A stretch of DNA of 64,000 nucleotides from Candidatus Heimdallarchaeota archaeon (lineage in GTDB: Archaea > Asgardarchaeota > Heimdallarchaeia > Heimdallarchaeales > Heimdallarchaeaceae), in assembly GCA_019057815.1 (NCBI GenBank), contig JAHLWR010000002.1, positions 32,001 to 96,000 on the forward strand. Reading direction: 5' to 3'. Below, piece after piece: positions 1-9,930 of the stretch. The notes under the pieces are model-generated. The model saw only the letters and a list, made by a program, of their open reading frames with translations. It was not told where the DNA came from and made no database searches. Numbering within the stretch: the first letter of the stretch is position 1; each line of letters begins with the position of its first letter. A program made the position numbers and the translations under genes.

Positions 1-1613
1 AAAAACATGCTTCCACAAACAGGAACAATGAATTTAGCACCAGTATAAAGACGGACTTCATCAACATTTAAGGTCCAATCCTTTGGAGCTCCCATCATAC
101 CCACTTTATCAGTCAAACTGAGTTGGGTTTTAGCCATACAAATAGGAAAGTCAGCGTATCCAAGTTTCTCGATAGCAGTTATATCCTGTAAAGCTCTTGG
201 GGAGTATTCAACATCAGCAGCTCCATATATCTCTTTAGAAATTTTTTCAATCTTAACTTTTATTGGATCATTAAGTTCATAGATGAATTTAACATCACCA
301 GAACCAGTCTCAATAGCTTCTAAAACAGCGTTAGCTAGTTCAATACCACCATCACCACCTTTCATGAAGACTTCACTAACAGCAGCAGTAACGCCTATTT
401 CAGAGCATTTATCTTTAATCCATTGGATTTCTTCGTCATTATCGAAGGGGAAACGATTGATAGCTACAACTGGAGGAATGTTGAATTTGTTGAGCATGTT
501 GTCGAGATGCTTTTCAACATTGCAAAATCCTTTAGCAAGAGCATCAAGGTTTTTGTTCTTAGCTTCTTCAAGATCTTTTACTCCTCCATGGAGATGAAGA
601 GCTCTAACTGTGACTACAAGCACAACAGCAGAAGGAAAAGTATCATATTGACGAGCAACAATGTCAATAAATTTCTCAAAACCCAAGTCAGCAGCAAAAC
701 CACCCTCGGTGATTGCATAATCTGCGAGTTTGAGAGCGAGTTTAGTGCCAATAACAGATGAGTTGCCATGAGCAATATTAGCGAAAGGTCCGCAGTGAAT
801 AAAGCCTGGTACTCCTTCAAAGTTTTGTACAAGGTTTGGTTTTATTGCGTCTTTGAGTATTAGTGTCATAGCTCCTACTGCTTTTAAATCCCTTGCATAT
901 ACTGCTTTATCATCGTATGTATACCCTACTAGTATACTTCCTAGTCTTTCCTTAAGTTCTTTAACATCTACAGATAATGCTAATAGGGCCATTATTTCTG
1001 AAGCAGCGGTTATAACAAAACCAGTGTTTCTTATTTCCCCACCTAACCTTCTTCCGCCAAGTCCGATGATGATATTTCTTAGTGCTCTATCATTTGCATC
1101 GATGGTTCTTGGCCATGTAACTTTTGTTGGATCCAGTTCTAGTTTGTTTCCCTTTGTTAGGTGATTATCAAGCAAAGCAGCCAGTAAATTATGAGCTGCG
1201 GTTATTGCGTGAATATCGCCTGTAAAATGTAGATTTATATCCCACATTGGAAAAACTTGCGATTGTCCTCCACCAGTTGCACCTCCTTTAATACCAAAGG
1301 TCGGTCCCATACTTGGTTCTCTTAATGCAAACATCACTTTTTTGCCTATCTTTTGTAAAGCTTGGGAAAGACCTATTGTTGTGACAGTTTTTCCTTCTCC
1401 TGCTCTTGAAGCAGTCATTGCTGTCACAAAAATTAATTTCCCATTAGGTTTATTTGAATTAAGTATTCTTAGCATTGTATCATACGATAGTTTAGATACA
1501 TACTTACCAAATTGCTCAAGGTCATCTTCTTCTAGGCCTATTTTTTTAGCAATCTCTCTAATATTTTTCATTTCTTTTTGCTTTTCTTGTGCAATCTCTA
1601 TGTCAGCTTTCAT
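1..1613 (-). CDS. fhs: Formate--tetrahydrofolate ligase (3' end runs off window edge)
   Basis: Manual translation: MKADIEIAQ..., AGEGKTVT, LREPSMGPTFGIKGGATGG, INLHFTGDIHAITAAHNLLA, HCGPFANIAHG. Missing from the ORF track because no stop lies inside the window. Confidence 0.95.
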   Translation of the reverse strand, partial: MKADIEIAQEKQKEMKNIREIAKKIGLEEDDLEQFGKYVSKLSYDTMLRILNSNKPNGKLIFVTAMTASRAGEGKTVTTIGLSQALQKIGKKVMFALREPSMGPTFGIKGGATGGGQSQVFPMWDINLHFTGDIHAITAAHNLLAALLDNHLTKGNKLELDPTKVTWPRTIDANDRALRNIIIGLGGRRLGGEIRNTGFVITAASEIMALLALSVDVKELKERLGSILVGYTYDDKAVYARDLKAVGAMTLILKDAIKPNLVQNFEGVPGFIHCGPFANIAHGNSSVIGTKLALKLADYAITEGGFAADLGFEKFIDIVARQYDTFPSAVVLVVTVRALHLHGGVKDLEEAKNKNLDALAKGFCNVEKHLDNMLNKFNIPPVVAINRFPFDNDEEIQWIKDKCSEIGVTAAVSEVFMKGGDGGIELANAVLEAIETGSGDVKFIYELNDPIKVKIEKISKEIYGAADVEYSPRALQDITAIEKLGYADFPICMAKTQLSLTDKVGMMGAPKDWTLNVDEVRLYTGAKFIVPVCGSMF

Positions 1614-1875
1614 AGTAATCATCATCGATTTCTGTTAATTCAATTTTTTTTGTGTTCTTTATATTAAAAAATATTTGTATCTATATTCAAAAAAAAATAA
1701 TTTTAATTTTGTAAAAATATACCTTCTACCTTATTTTGCACAATATCCAAAGTGGATGAATTACACCAACTTGAAGGAAGGAGACTTCTGTTATGTTCAG
1801 TTAAATAGATATATTCTAAAATGCCCATTCCTAGATAGTCATAGAAGTAGTGATGCCCAGTTTGAGTGTTTAATC

Positions 1876-2817
1876 ATGAAATGTGACTATCCTAATTGCA
1901 AATCTGATGAAGTGATACTTTTCTATTGCTCTTACTGTAAGGGTTCTTTTTGCCCGTCTCACAAAGATTCTATTACTCACAATTGCAAAGCGTTTACGCA
2001 ACAGACAGGAACAACGCGTCCAACCCCCCAAAGCTCAACATCTCAAACACCGACACCACAAGATGTTATGAGAGCATTTGCATATCAAGTTTCAAGAGCT
2101 GTTGGAGCACAACAATCTCAAACACGAACTCAAGCACCTCCTATGGATGAAAAGGCTAGAAAGAAGTTTATAGAGAAAAAATTAACGGAAAGAGGAGATC
2201 TTTTTTCTTTTGGTAGTGAAATAATAGACATCTTGTTTGGATTTGCTTTGATTGTTCTTGTATTCGGGTTCTTCAGATATGCAAGAACACAAGAATGGAC
2301 AGGATTTGTAGTATCTGGAATCCTTGTTGCAACAGCTTTTCTACCTCATGAACTCGCTCATAAATTTGAAGCTATTAGGAGAGGACAATTCGCGCGATAC
2401 ATTTTGTGGGTTCGTGGAATGATGTTTACCTTAATTACTCTCATTTTTGGTATAGGGTTAATTGTTCCTGGATTTGTTGCAATTGTACCTTTAACTCGAC
2501 AAATGAATAAGAAAGACTTAGGTATTATTGCTTTAGCTGGTCCCGCAATAAATGTTGTTATAGGCGTGGTAAGCTTGGTAATTGGTTTACTTACCCACTT
2601 TGCAATCATCCCATTCAGTGGTCTTTTCTCAGATCCTAACATTTTCATTCAAATTGCTCAATTTAACGCTTTAATAGCACTTTTCAATTGCATCCCTATC
2701 TGGCAGTTGGATGGGGCTAAGATTTTAAAATGGAACAAAGTGATCTTTTTTGTCTTAATACTAGCAAATATAGCAATTGCAGTCCCAACATTTATTTTGA
2801 ATCCTGATCTTTTTTAA
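1876..2817 (+). CDS. AN1-type zinc finger fused to site-2 (M50) intramembrane metalloprotease
   Basis: N-terminal CDYPNC...FYCSYCKGSFCPSH...HNC; HELAH and FNCIPIWQLDG motifs; several TM segments. Confidence 0.85.
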   Translation: MKCDYPNCKSDEVILFYCSYCKGSFCPSHKDSITHNCKAFTQQTGTTRPTPQSSTSQTPTPQDVMRAFAYQVSRAVGAQQSQTRTQAPPMDEKARKKFIEKKLTERGDLFSFGSEIIDILFGFALIVLVFGFFRYARTQEWTGFVVSGILVATAFLPHELAHKFEAIRRGQFARYILWVRGMMFTLITLIFGIGLIVPGFVAIVPLTRQMNKKDLGIIALAGPAINVVIGVVSLVIGLLTHFAIIPFSGLFSDPNIFIQIAQFNALIALFNCIPIWQLDGAKILKWNKVIFFVLILANIAIAVPTFILNPDLF

Positions 2818-2935
2818 TCAATTTTCCAAAAATGATTAAAACAAAAAGTAATAATAGTTATTTAGTTTAGTTAAGTAAAGGATGAACAAGGCATTGCTGA
2901 GAGCATAGCTCAATGACGAATCATAGTTAATCTGA

Positions 2936-3985
2936 TTATCCTTGAATTATTGGATCTATTTCTCTAAGCTCTTTAAGGTTCCTTGCCCCTAGCAAAGCCA
3001 TAACACATTTCATTTCAGTTACATAACTTAATAAATAGGTTCTGAGAGCTTTTTCTCCTCCCCCATTAATAGCTTTAAGAATAGGTAATGCTAAAGAAAC
3101 ATAATCTGCTCCCAGAAGCAAGGCTTTAATCGCTTCAATTCCAGTCCATATTCCCCCAGAAGCGATTATTTTAACATTTTTTTTATTTTCAACGGATTTA
3201 ATATTGAGAATACTCTCTGCCGTAGAAACACCCCAATTCAAGAATTCAGATGACATTAGCTTAATGGAAGGATCAGGATTACGGTAAGTTTCTATTTTCA
3301 CCCAATTTGTTCCTCCTGCTCCAGCAACATCAACAGCATAAATGTCTAATGACATCAAATATTCAGCATCTTTCTTTGATATACCACTTCCTACTCCTTT
3401 AATTATGAGTGGATATTTTAGTTCTTTAATTAACTGTGAAATACTTTTCTTTAAATTCGAAAAATCCTTGTTACCTTCAGATTGTAGAAACTCTTGTTGG
3501 ATATTTACATGCAAAGCTAAACCATCTGCCTTTATCATAGTAATTGCATTTTCCGCATCATTTACATCATACTCATCTATAAATTGACCAATGCCTAGAT
3601 TAGCTAGAAGAGGAATATCAGAAGCGATATGTCTAACTTGATATGTTGTAACTAATTCAGGATTTTCAATAGCAGCACGTTGACTACCTACACCCATTCC
3701 TATAGAAAACTCTTGACAAATTTCCCCTATAATTTCGTTGATTTTTTTTCCTTTTCTGGAACCGCCTGTAATTCCAGATATTAGAATAGGAAAATTAATG
3801 GTTTTATTCAAGAATTTGGTTTCAAGATTAATATCATTTACTGAAAGTTCTTCGAACAAAGAAGGTCGTATTTGTACTTTCTCTAATCCATTAGACATTC
3901 CTTCATACACAACATTGTTTTCCAAACAAATGCGTATATGCTCTTCTTTTCTTCTTGAAATATCTGAAAGAGGTTCTTCATCCAT
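2936..3985 (-). CDS. fni: Type 2 isopentenyl-diphosphate delta-isomerase
   Basis: RRKEEHIRIC, GITGG, GVGSQRAA, HVNIQQE, VAGAGGTNW, ASGGI motifs. Confidence 0.95.
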   Translation of the reverse strand: MDEEPLSDISRRKEEHIRICLENNVVYEGMSNGLEKVQIRPSLFEELSVNDINLETKFLNKTINFPILISGITGGSRKGKKINEIIGEICQEFSIGMGVGSQRAAIENPELVTTYQVRHIASDIPLLANLGIGQFIDEYDVNDAENAITMIKADGLALHVNIQQEFLQSEGNKDFSNLKKSISQLIKELKYPLIIKGVGSGISKKDAEYLMSLDIYAVDVAGAGGTNWVKIETYRNPDPSIKLMSSEFLNWGVSTAESILNIKSVENKKNVKIIASGGIWTGIEAIKALLLGADYVSLALPILKAINGGGEKALRTYLLSYVTEMKCVMALLGARNLKELREIDPIIQG

Positions 3986-4117
3986 TATTTAAAGTCACTG
4001 AAAAGAAGAATAAAAAGGTTGAGCTTCATTATAACAAATTTTTATCTCCTTGTCAACTAAGGAAAGAGAAAGAGAGAAAAGGTAGGGATTACATAGGAAA
4101 AAAAGTAACAATAAGTT

Positions 4118-4330
4118 ATGATTGTTGTTCTCTGGACAGAAGTGATGGAGGTAACCAGCAATTCAGTATTGAGTGAACTTTGTCATCAGGCTAAAAATAT
4201 CTACAATCGAGCGAACTATCTGTAAAGACAAGGACAGCTATAACAGGGAAAATTTCTTTCCTATTATGACTTGGACAGGAAGATGAAGAAGGGAGAATGT
4301 TACACTATCCCTCCTGCCCATACTGCTTAA
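4118..4330 (+). pseudogene. Degenerate N-terminal fragment of IS200/IS605-family TnpB
   Basis: Reads MIVVLWTEVMEVTSNSVLSELCHQAKNIYNRANYL*RQGQL*QGKFLSYYDLDRKMKKGECYTIPPAHTA* in one frame; matches the TnpB N-terminal pattern LC..AKNLYN.ANY..RQ...YY.LD...K....Y..LPA.TAQ; three in-frame stops. Confidence 0.75.
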
Positions 4331-4519
4331 CATAGTAGGAGAGTATGAAATGTACATCCTTAGAGTGAGCTATCCAGCGATGACCATCTACGAAAGACTC
4401 TGTTAGGAGATAAGGAGACAGAATCATATCACGACTAAGAACGAGGTACAAAGTTCAAAAAAGAATGGTTCAAAGGATAAAACCTTTATAGTAAAAGAAA
4501 AAACTCATTGATGATGCAT

Positions 4520-4789
4520 ATGGAATTTTGCCCAAAGTGCGGGAAACTCCTAATACCTAAAAAGGAGGGTAAAATTAAGAAACTTGTCTGTCCTAACCCT
4601 AAATGTGATTTCGAACAGAAATTAGACTCTGATGTTTCGTACGAAGTTTCTGATAAAGTTAAACACAAAGCTAGTGATATAACTGAAGTGGTTGATGCTG
4701 AAGAGAGTGAAGACTTATCAGAAGAAGAATTAGTGGAAAGAAGAGAACGTTTTATAGAAAACATTGATCTTTATGAGACAGATAATTAA
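4520..4789 (+). CDS. RpoM/TFS-like protein (N-terminal zinc ribbon plus acidic tail only)
   Basis: MEFCPKCGKLLIPK...VCPNPKC; no second zinc ribbon or ADE hairpin. Confidence 0.75.
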   Translation: MEFCPKCGKLLIPKKEGKIKKLVCPNPKCDFEQKLDSDVSYEVSDKVKHKASDITEVVDAEESEDLSEEELVERRERFIENIDLYETDN

Positions 4790-4815
4790 CTAACAGCTCA
4801 ATAGAGGCTTTTTTT

Positions 4816-5742
4816 ATGCGTTGTGTATTGATAAGATTCTCTGAAATAGCTATCAAAGGAGCCAAGACAAGAAAAAGATTTACAAATATTTTGATTAATC
4901 ATCTCAAATATGTTCTCTTCAATCTTTACAACATCACCAACTTTGATGTAAAGAACCTATACAGTCGTATACTAGTTAGCTCAGAAAACAATGTACAAGT
5001 AAATAACATCGTAGCATCTTGTATACCTGGTGTTGTTAGTACAAGCATTGTTCATAAGACTTCTACAGAAACTGAGAATATTAACGAAATAATCACAAAT
5101 CACTATTTGGATAAAATAGGTAAGAAAAAAGCTTTTGCTGTTCGAGTGAAGCGAACAGGAAATCACACTTTTTCTAGTATAGAATTTGCAGCAAATATTG
5201 GTAGTTTTATTTATGATAGCTTTCCAGAAGGAAAGTTAAAAGTCGATTTAACCAATCCTGAGTACGTTCTATATTTAGATATTAGAGGAGAAGACACATA
5301 TATTTTTGATCACAAAACAGAGGGATTAGGAGGAATACCAGCTGGAAGTCAAGGAAATGTTCTAGTTCTTATTTCTGAGGAAGAAGAAGATTTATCAAAT
5401 ATCTTACAATTATACAAAAGAGGAGCTAATACACTAATATATTCACTGAAACCAGAAAAGGAATATTCAGAATCTTTTCTTCAACATTTAAAGTGGTTAA
5501 TCAAACTCCAACCTGTTTTAAAGAAAAAGGAGCAACCTATTTATTTTCCTCTCAAAAATTCCGATATCAGAAATATTCTCAAGGTTTATGAGTACAATAA
5601 GTGTTTTGGGATAGCATTAACTGCAAAAATGTTCGAAACCTATACTTCGCTTTTTCCTGTAAAAATACCACTATTTGTCCCTCATTTAGTCACAAGAATA
5701 CAAAAAGGTGAATTAGAAAGAATATTTTCTTTTATTCAGTAA
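4816..5742 (+). CDS. ThiI-like THUMP-domain protein with degenerate PP-loop
   Basis: LIRFSEIAIKG, FAVRVKRTGNHTFSS, KVDLTNPE, GLGGIPAGSQG; SGGxDS position reads SEEEED. Confidence 0.8.
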   Translation: MRCVLIRFSEIAIKGAKTRKRFTNILINHLKYVLFNLYNITNFDVKNLYSRILVSSENNVQVNNIVASCIPGVVSTSIVHKTSTETENINEIITNHYLDKIGKKKAFAVRVKRTGNHTFSSIEFAANIGSFIYDSFPEGKLKVDLTNPEYVLYLDIRGEDTYIFDHKTEGLGGIPAGSQGNVLVLISEEEEDLSNILQLYKRGANTLIYSLKPEKEYSESFLQHLKWLIKLQPVLKKKEQPIYFPLKNSDIRNILKVYEYNKCFGIALTAKMFETYTSLFPVKIPLFVPHLVTRIQKGELERIFSFIQ

Positions 5743-6349
5743 TTTTCTTTCGTTCAATTTTCCCGTTGGGAGAAGATTCTGCGAAAACAACACCTTGAAA
5801 TTTTTCAACAATAATTTTCTCTTTTAGCCAAATTTTCTCTTTTAGCCAAGCTTTTCGACATGTATAGGATAAATATTCCTCTTTATCCCACCCTTGCTCA
5901 ACAGGCACTTGGGGTAATAACAATCCTCTATTTGATTTATGTTGAACAATAAGACCATCTCTTCCTATTTCAATTTGGTCGAGCAATTCTTGAGGGGAAA
6001 TATAATTTATTTTTTCTGGGGGAGTTAATACTGTTACTTCGAATATTAAAGAATCCAGTTCAGCAGTTTTCACAGGTGGAAAACGAGGATCGTTTAGAGT
6101 AGAATCTCTAGCTAAATCTATTACTTCTTCATATAAGGGAGCAATTCCTAATGGATACCCAATACACCCTCTTAAATCCGAACTTTCCCCTACAACCTTC
6201 CTAACTGTTACAAAAACCCCAGTCGTAAGTTTAGCTTGTTTTTCTATGGGTTTAAGAGGTTCAGGTTTTTTTCCTTCCTTTATCCACTCTTTAGCTGCAA
6301 AACGAGCTAATCTCACTAAATATTCCCCAGTTTCAGTTTTTACATCCAT
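5732..6349 (-). CDS. AMMECR1-domain protein
   Basis: GVFVT, LRGCIGY, DPRFPP, GRDGL, GLLLPQV, CRKA. Confidence 0.92.
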   Translation of the reverse strand: MDVKTETGEYLVRLARFAAKEWIKEGKKPEPLKPIEKQAKLTTGVFVTVRKVVGESSDLRGCIGYPLGIAPLYEEVIDLARDSTLNDPRFPPVKTAELDSLIFEVTVLTPPEKINYISPQELLDQIEIGRDGLIVQHKSNRGLLLPQVPVEQGWDKEEYLSYTCRKAWLKEKIWLKEKIIVEKFQGVVFAESSPNGKIERKKITE

Positions 6350-6353
6350 ATGA

Positions 6354-6818
6354 TCACGTTTTTACGTTTTCCAATATGGCTTTAATATTTTCCCAATGTC
6401 TTCCTACCCAATAAATTTTCTTACAGTTTGTGCACTCCCAAAATTCATTATAATACTTGGCAGTTCCTTTGGGAATACGAGAAATAATTTTATCTTTGGC
6501 TTTTTTTTCCAAAATTCCATTACAAGCACTGCATCTTGAAAATCCGGGGTCGGTGGGATAACCCATTTCAAGTTCTTGTTTAAGTATCTTTAAGTGGTTT
6601 GTAATACCTTCATTCCCAATATTTAAGGCTTTTACACCTAATTTTTTGCTCTTCTCTAGAAGTGATTTAGATCTCGATAGAATAATTCTATCTTCAGATA
6701 AGGATTGTATTAGCATTTCTTTCTCTGTTTCATTGAATCTGTATAGAGTATCATACCCAAAAAATCTAAGAAATCGTGCAAGTTTGCCTAACATGCAATC
6801 TATATAGAATTTGTACAT
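6354..6818 (-). CDS. Mut7-C RNase (PIN-like) domain protein
   Basis: DCMLGKLARFLRFFGYDT, SRCSACNG, FWECTNCKKIYWVGRHW. Confidence 0.92.
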   Translation of the reverse strand: MYKFYIDCMLGKLARFLRFFGYDTLYRFNETEKEMLIQSLSEDRIILSRSKSLLEKSKKLGVKALNIGNEGITNHLKILKQELEMGYPTDPGFSRCSACNGILEKKAKDKIISRIPKGTAKYYNEFWECTNCKKIYWVGRHWENIKAILENVKT

Positions 6819-6872
6819 TAGTTTACTCCCTTGCAAATTTATGTTGTTAAGCTATCACAATTAAGAATACAA

Positions 6873-7466
6873 TTATTGTTCTACAGAGCAAGTTGGGCAA
6901 GCATATATCCCATCGATGTAGATTAGTTCATCTGAGTATACACGACAATCATCACAATAACCAGCATATTTGTTGGTATTTTCTTTGTTGTTTTCATCTT
7001 CACTTTTTTCTCTAATCAGTTTAATGTATTCTTGTTCTAAGAAAATTAATTGAGGGACTACCTTGAAAATATCTGTATCAGTGCAAATTCCTTCGACTCT
7101 CCCATTGGAATCAGTTATCACTAAATGCCTTATTCTTTCCTTAAACATCTTTTCCATTGCTTCAGTCAATGTTACATTTTGGTTAATAACAATAACAGGA
7201 GAAGACATAATTTCAGATGCTTTCACTGTTTCAGCATCAGTTTTTTGAGCAATCACATGTTGTATGAGATTCTCTTTAGTGATTATCCCAATTGTTATAT
7301 CCTCTTTATTAACAACAACTACTGAACCTATGCGATTTTTAATCATTAGCTTTGCACATACTTCAGCAGACGTCTGAGGAGTGATTGAAATTACCTGCTT
7401 TGTCATTATCTCACTTACTTTCATGTCAAATTCTGTTTTATCGAATATAGATTTCACATTAGTCAC
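6873..7466 (-). CDS. CBS-pair protein with C-terminal zinc ribbon
   Basis: Two CBS repeats (VSEIMT...IGIIT; ASEIMS...RHLVI); C-terminal CDDC...CPTC. Confidence 0.9.
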   Translation of the reverse strand: MTNVKSIFDKTEFDMKVSEIMTKQVISITPQTSAEVCAKLMIKNRIGSVVVVNKEDITIGIITKENLIQHVIAQKTDAETVKASEIMSSPVIVINQNVTLTEAMEKMFKERIRHLVITDSNGRVEGICTDTDIFKVVPQLIFLEQEYIKLIREKSEDENNKENTNKYAGYCDDCRVYSDELIYIDGIYACPTCSVEQ

Positions 7467-7596
7467 CGAAGTTATTACTCAATTAACATAAACATTATCA
7501 CTTTAAAGGTTTTACTTTTTCCTTATACGTATTAAATGCACATTATAATACACATTATAAAACTCTTAAATTTGGAGATAAAGCATGTTTAACAAA

Positions 7597-9612
7597 CTAG
7601 TCAACTATATCAGCATCTCCGGGAATAAATCGGATTAATTCATTAATATCAAGAGCTTCAAGTTTATATCGATCTTCTTCTGGACAATTTTGTAGAAATG
7701 TTTGACGTATTTGCTTAGCTAAGTTCCCTTTTTGTGTATCTCCTGGTTTAACTTGAACACAATAAACTGATTTATCGATAACACTTTGCAAAGGTCCTCC
7801 AATTATTTGAGCATATTGTTCATATAAAACAAAACCTACAGCATGAGCGATTTCTACGTTCTTAAAATAGTTTTTTTCACCGTATATCATAACACTACCC
7901 TTAGCTAAATACTGTCCTGATGGAGGTGTTAAACTAACTTGATTAGGAAGAACATAATACACATCACCAGCTAATTTCTTAACTTTCCAGAGGCTAGAAT
8001 AATTTAAAGCAAAAATAGCCACATCTTTCAACTGTTGCTCAGTTAGCTTGTTTTGACCATCTTTCACTATAACATAAGGTGCACCATGTACATCTGCATG
8101 AAAGAACAAATCTTCATCATCTAAATAGGTTTTAAGCAACCGTTCATTGGCTTTAAGATCTGTTCCTCCTACAACTGTGAATTTACCACACAAAAACCAA
8201 TGAAACTTTTCGTACCATCTTTTTTGTCTTTTAATAATTGGTTGTTTAGATTGCTCTTCTTTTTCAACAACATCTTCTATATCTTTACTCTCTTCAATTT
8301 GCTTTTTCGTTCTGTTAATAGCTTGCTCCGCACCTGGTATTTTTCGTCTAGCTTTCTTTGACTTCTCATAGAAAAGATTGGCATTTTCTACCAAAGAAAG
8401 AGTAAAATCCAACTCGATTTCTTCTTTGTTTTCTGCTGATTCATCTTCAAATGACAACCATATTTTCTTAGATTTTGGTTCAATTTTCTCATATACCGTT
8501 GCAGCGGTTATACCTTTTTCTTTCCCCATAACTAGTTTTTGTATAATATTTTCCCACTCAACACCACTTTTTCTTGCACCTATTATTGTAGAGAGCAAAT
8601 CGTCGACCGATGCAAAATTTGCATAGAGAAGATCACCTTTCCTCTTCTCTTTCTCTTCCTGAGATATGAGAGCAAGCAAATGTTTTTCTTGTTTTGACAA
8701 AATCTTCTGGAGTTTCGAGATTTTCCCGGAAACTTCTGCTTTATCTTCTTCAAGCTCTGGTTCTTCTTCTTGTAAAGAGAAGTAGTCATCAATAATTTCA
8801 TTGAAAGAATTAACTTCCTTAATCTCTAAATTATCATAACGAGAAAGAGGTAATGGAGATATATCAACAACGTCTCCATCATCAAGATACTCTAAATACT
8901 TGTAATCTTGATTTTGTATTATTTTCTGGAATGACATTATTTCTTCAAAGAGTAGTTTCTTCTCGTTTTCATCAAGATCAGAAGCGTTCTTAGCTTTAAT
9001 ACCCGCTTTTTTTACTACATCTTTGGAGTACGTTGGTCCAAGATCCATCATCATATTTAGAAAGGAAATTAGTTTTCCAGAATAAGCAGACACTTCTCTT
9101 TCTAAATCTTCAGAAGTAATATTCAATATGTTTTTGTCTGAAGAAGGAGGAAAGTTAAACGCTCTTCCTGGATGAATATCGCGATCTTTCATTCTTCTAT
9201 AATTGTAAGCCATATGAATCTTGTTTTCTGGACTTACTAAGATTATATTTCCATCATCAAATAATTCTATTACAAGTTTGTAGAAACCGTTTTTGTAGGC
9301 TATTTCAAAAACAATTATTCTATCTATTTTATGCTGGTAAAAATCCTTAACTGGAAGGTCTCTGATATGTTTGCGAAGCATTTGAATCTTGTTATTAGGA
9401 GATGAAGGCTTTTTTCTCTGATATTTTGTCACGTGAAATCTTTTTCCAAGTTCAATAACTAGCTCAAAAGGATTTTCTGATGCCTTACGAAATCGTAATA
9501 TCACACGATTTGTTCCTATCGAATAAATATTATTAACCCAACTGCCAATTATTTTTGGACGTAACTCATGGACTAAAGCAGATATGTCAATGCTTGACAA
9601 AAAAGTCTTCAT
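7597..9612 (-). CDS. rqcH: Ribosome quality-control protein Rqc2/NEMF (NFACT family)
   Basis: SSIDI, MLRKHI, DRII, LVIELF, ENANLFYEKSKK, WYEKFHWF, FFHADVHGAP, PSGQYLAKGS; ATG at 9612 with GGTGGT SD. Confidence 0.92.
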   Translation of the reverse strand: MKTFLSSIDISALVHELRPKIIGSWVNNIYSIGTNRVILRFRKASENPFELVIELGKRFHVTKYQRKKPSSPNNKIQMLRKHIRDLPVKDFYQHKIDRIIVFEIAYKNGFYKLVIELFDDGNIILVSPENKIHMAYNYRRMKDRDIHPGRAFNFPPSSDKNILNITSEDLEREVSAYSGKLISFLNMMMDLGPTYSKDVVKKAGIKAKNASDLDENEKKLLFEEIMSFQKIIQNQDYKYLEYLDDGDVVDISPLPLSRYDNLEIKEVNSFNEIIDDYFSLQEEEPELEEDKAEVSGKISKLQKILSKQEKHLLALISQEEKEKRKGDLLYANFASVDDLLSTIIGARKSGVEWENIIQKLVMGKEKGITAATVYEKIEPKSKKIWLSFEDESAENKEEIELDFTLSLVENANLFYEKSKKARRKIPGAEQAINRTKKQIEESKDIEDVVEKEEQSKQPIIKRQKRWYEKFHWFLCGKFTVVGGTDLKANERLLKTYLDDEDLFFHADVHGAPYVIVKDGQNKLTEQQLKDVAIFALNYSSLWKVKKLAGDVYYVLPNQVSLTPPSGQYLAKGSVMIYGEKNYFKNVEIAHAVGFVLYEQYAQIIGGPLQSVIDKSVYCVQVKPGDTQKGNLAKQIRQTFLQNCPEEDRYKLEALDINELIRFIPGDADIVD

Positions 9613-9930
9613 TTTACCACCGAAATTTAGTTTTTTGTCGCTATATACTGCAAAACCAAACAGATTAAAAACAATTTGAAATTGAAGTGAGTCTGTGCTG
9701 TTAGATGATATACAGAAAAAACATTTCCTCAAAAGGGCCTTTTTAGATATACAAAGGTCAAAACGGATAGAAATCATTCAAATCGAAAAGCTTTTTATAC
9801 CCTATTTCTCCAGATGGAATAGATATTGTTAATTCAGTTATTAACAGTCTATGGGTGCACGAACGCAACTAAATGAAATATACAACACTAGAAATGAAAG
9901 TGTTAATGTGTGTCAACACGGTGATTTGGT

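Noticed and set aside
283-1638. Several short ORFs in the track over 283-1638
   Set aside because: Shadow frames of the minus-strand fhs gene
3955-4176. 73-aa + ORF
   Set aside because: Overlaps the fni start and the TnpB relic in another frame; no recognisable features
7539-7560. Direct repeat cacattataa x2 upstream of the CBS gene
   Set aside because: Short and AT-rich; cannot be told from chance; not CRISPR-like
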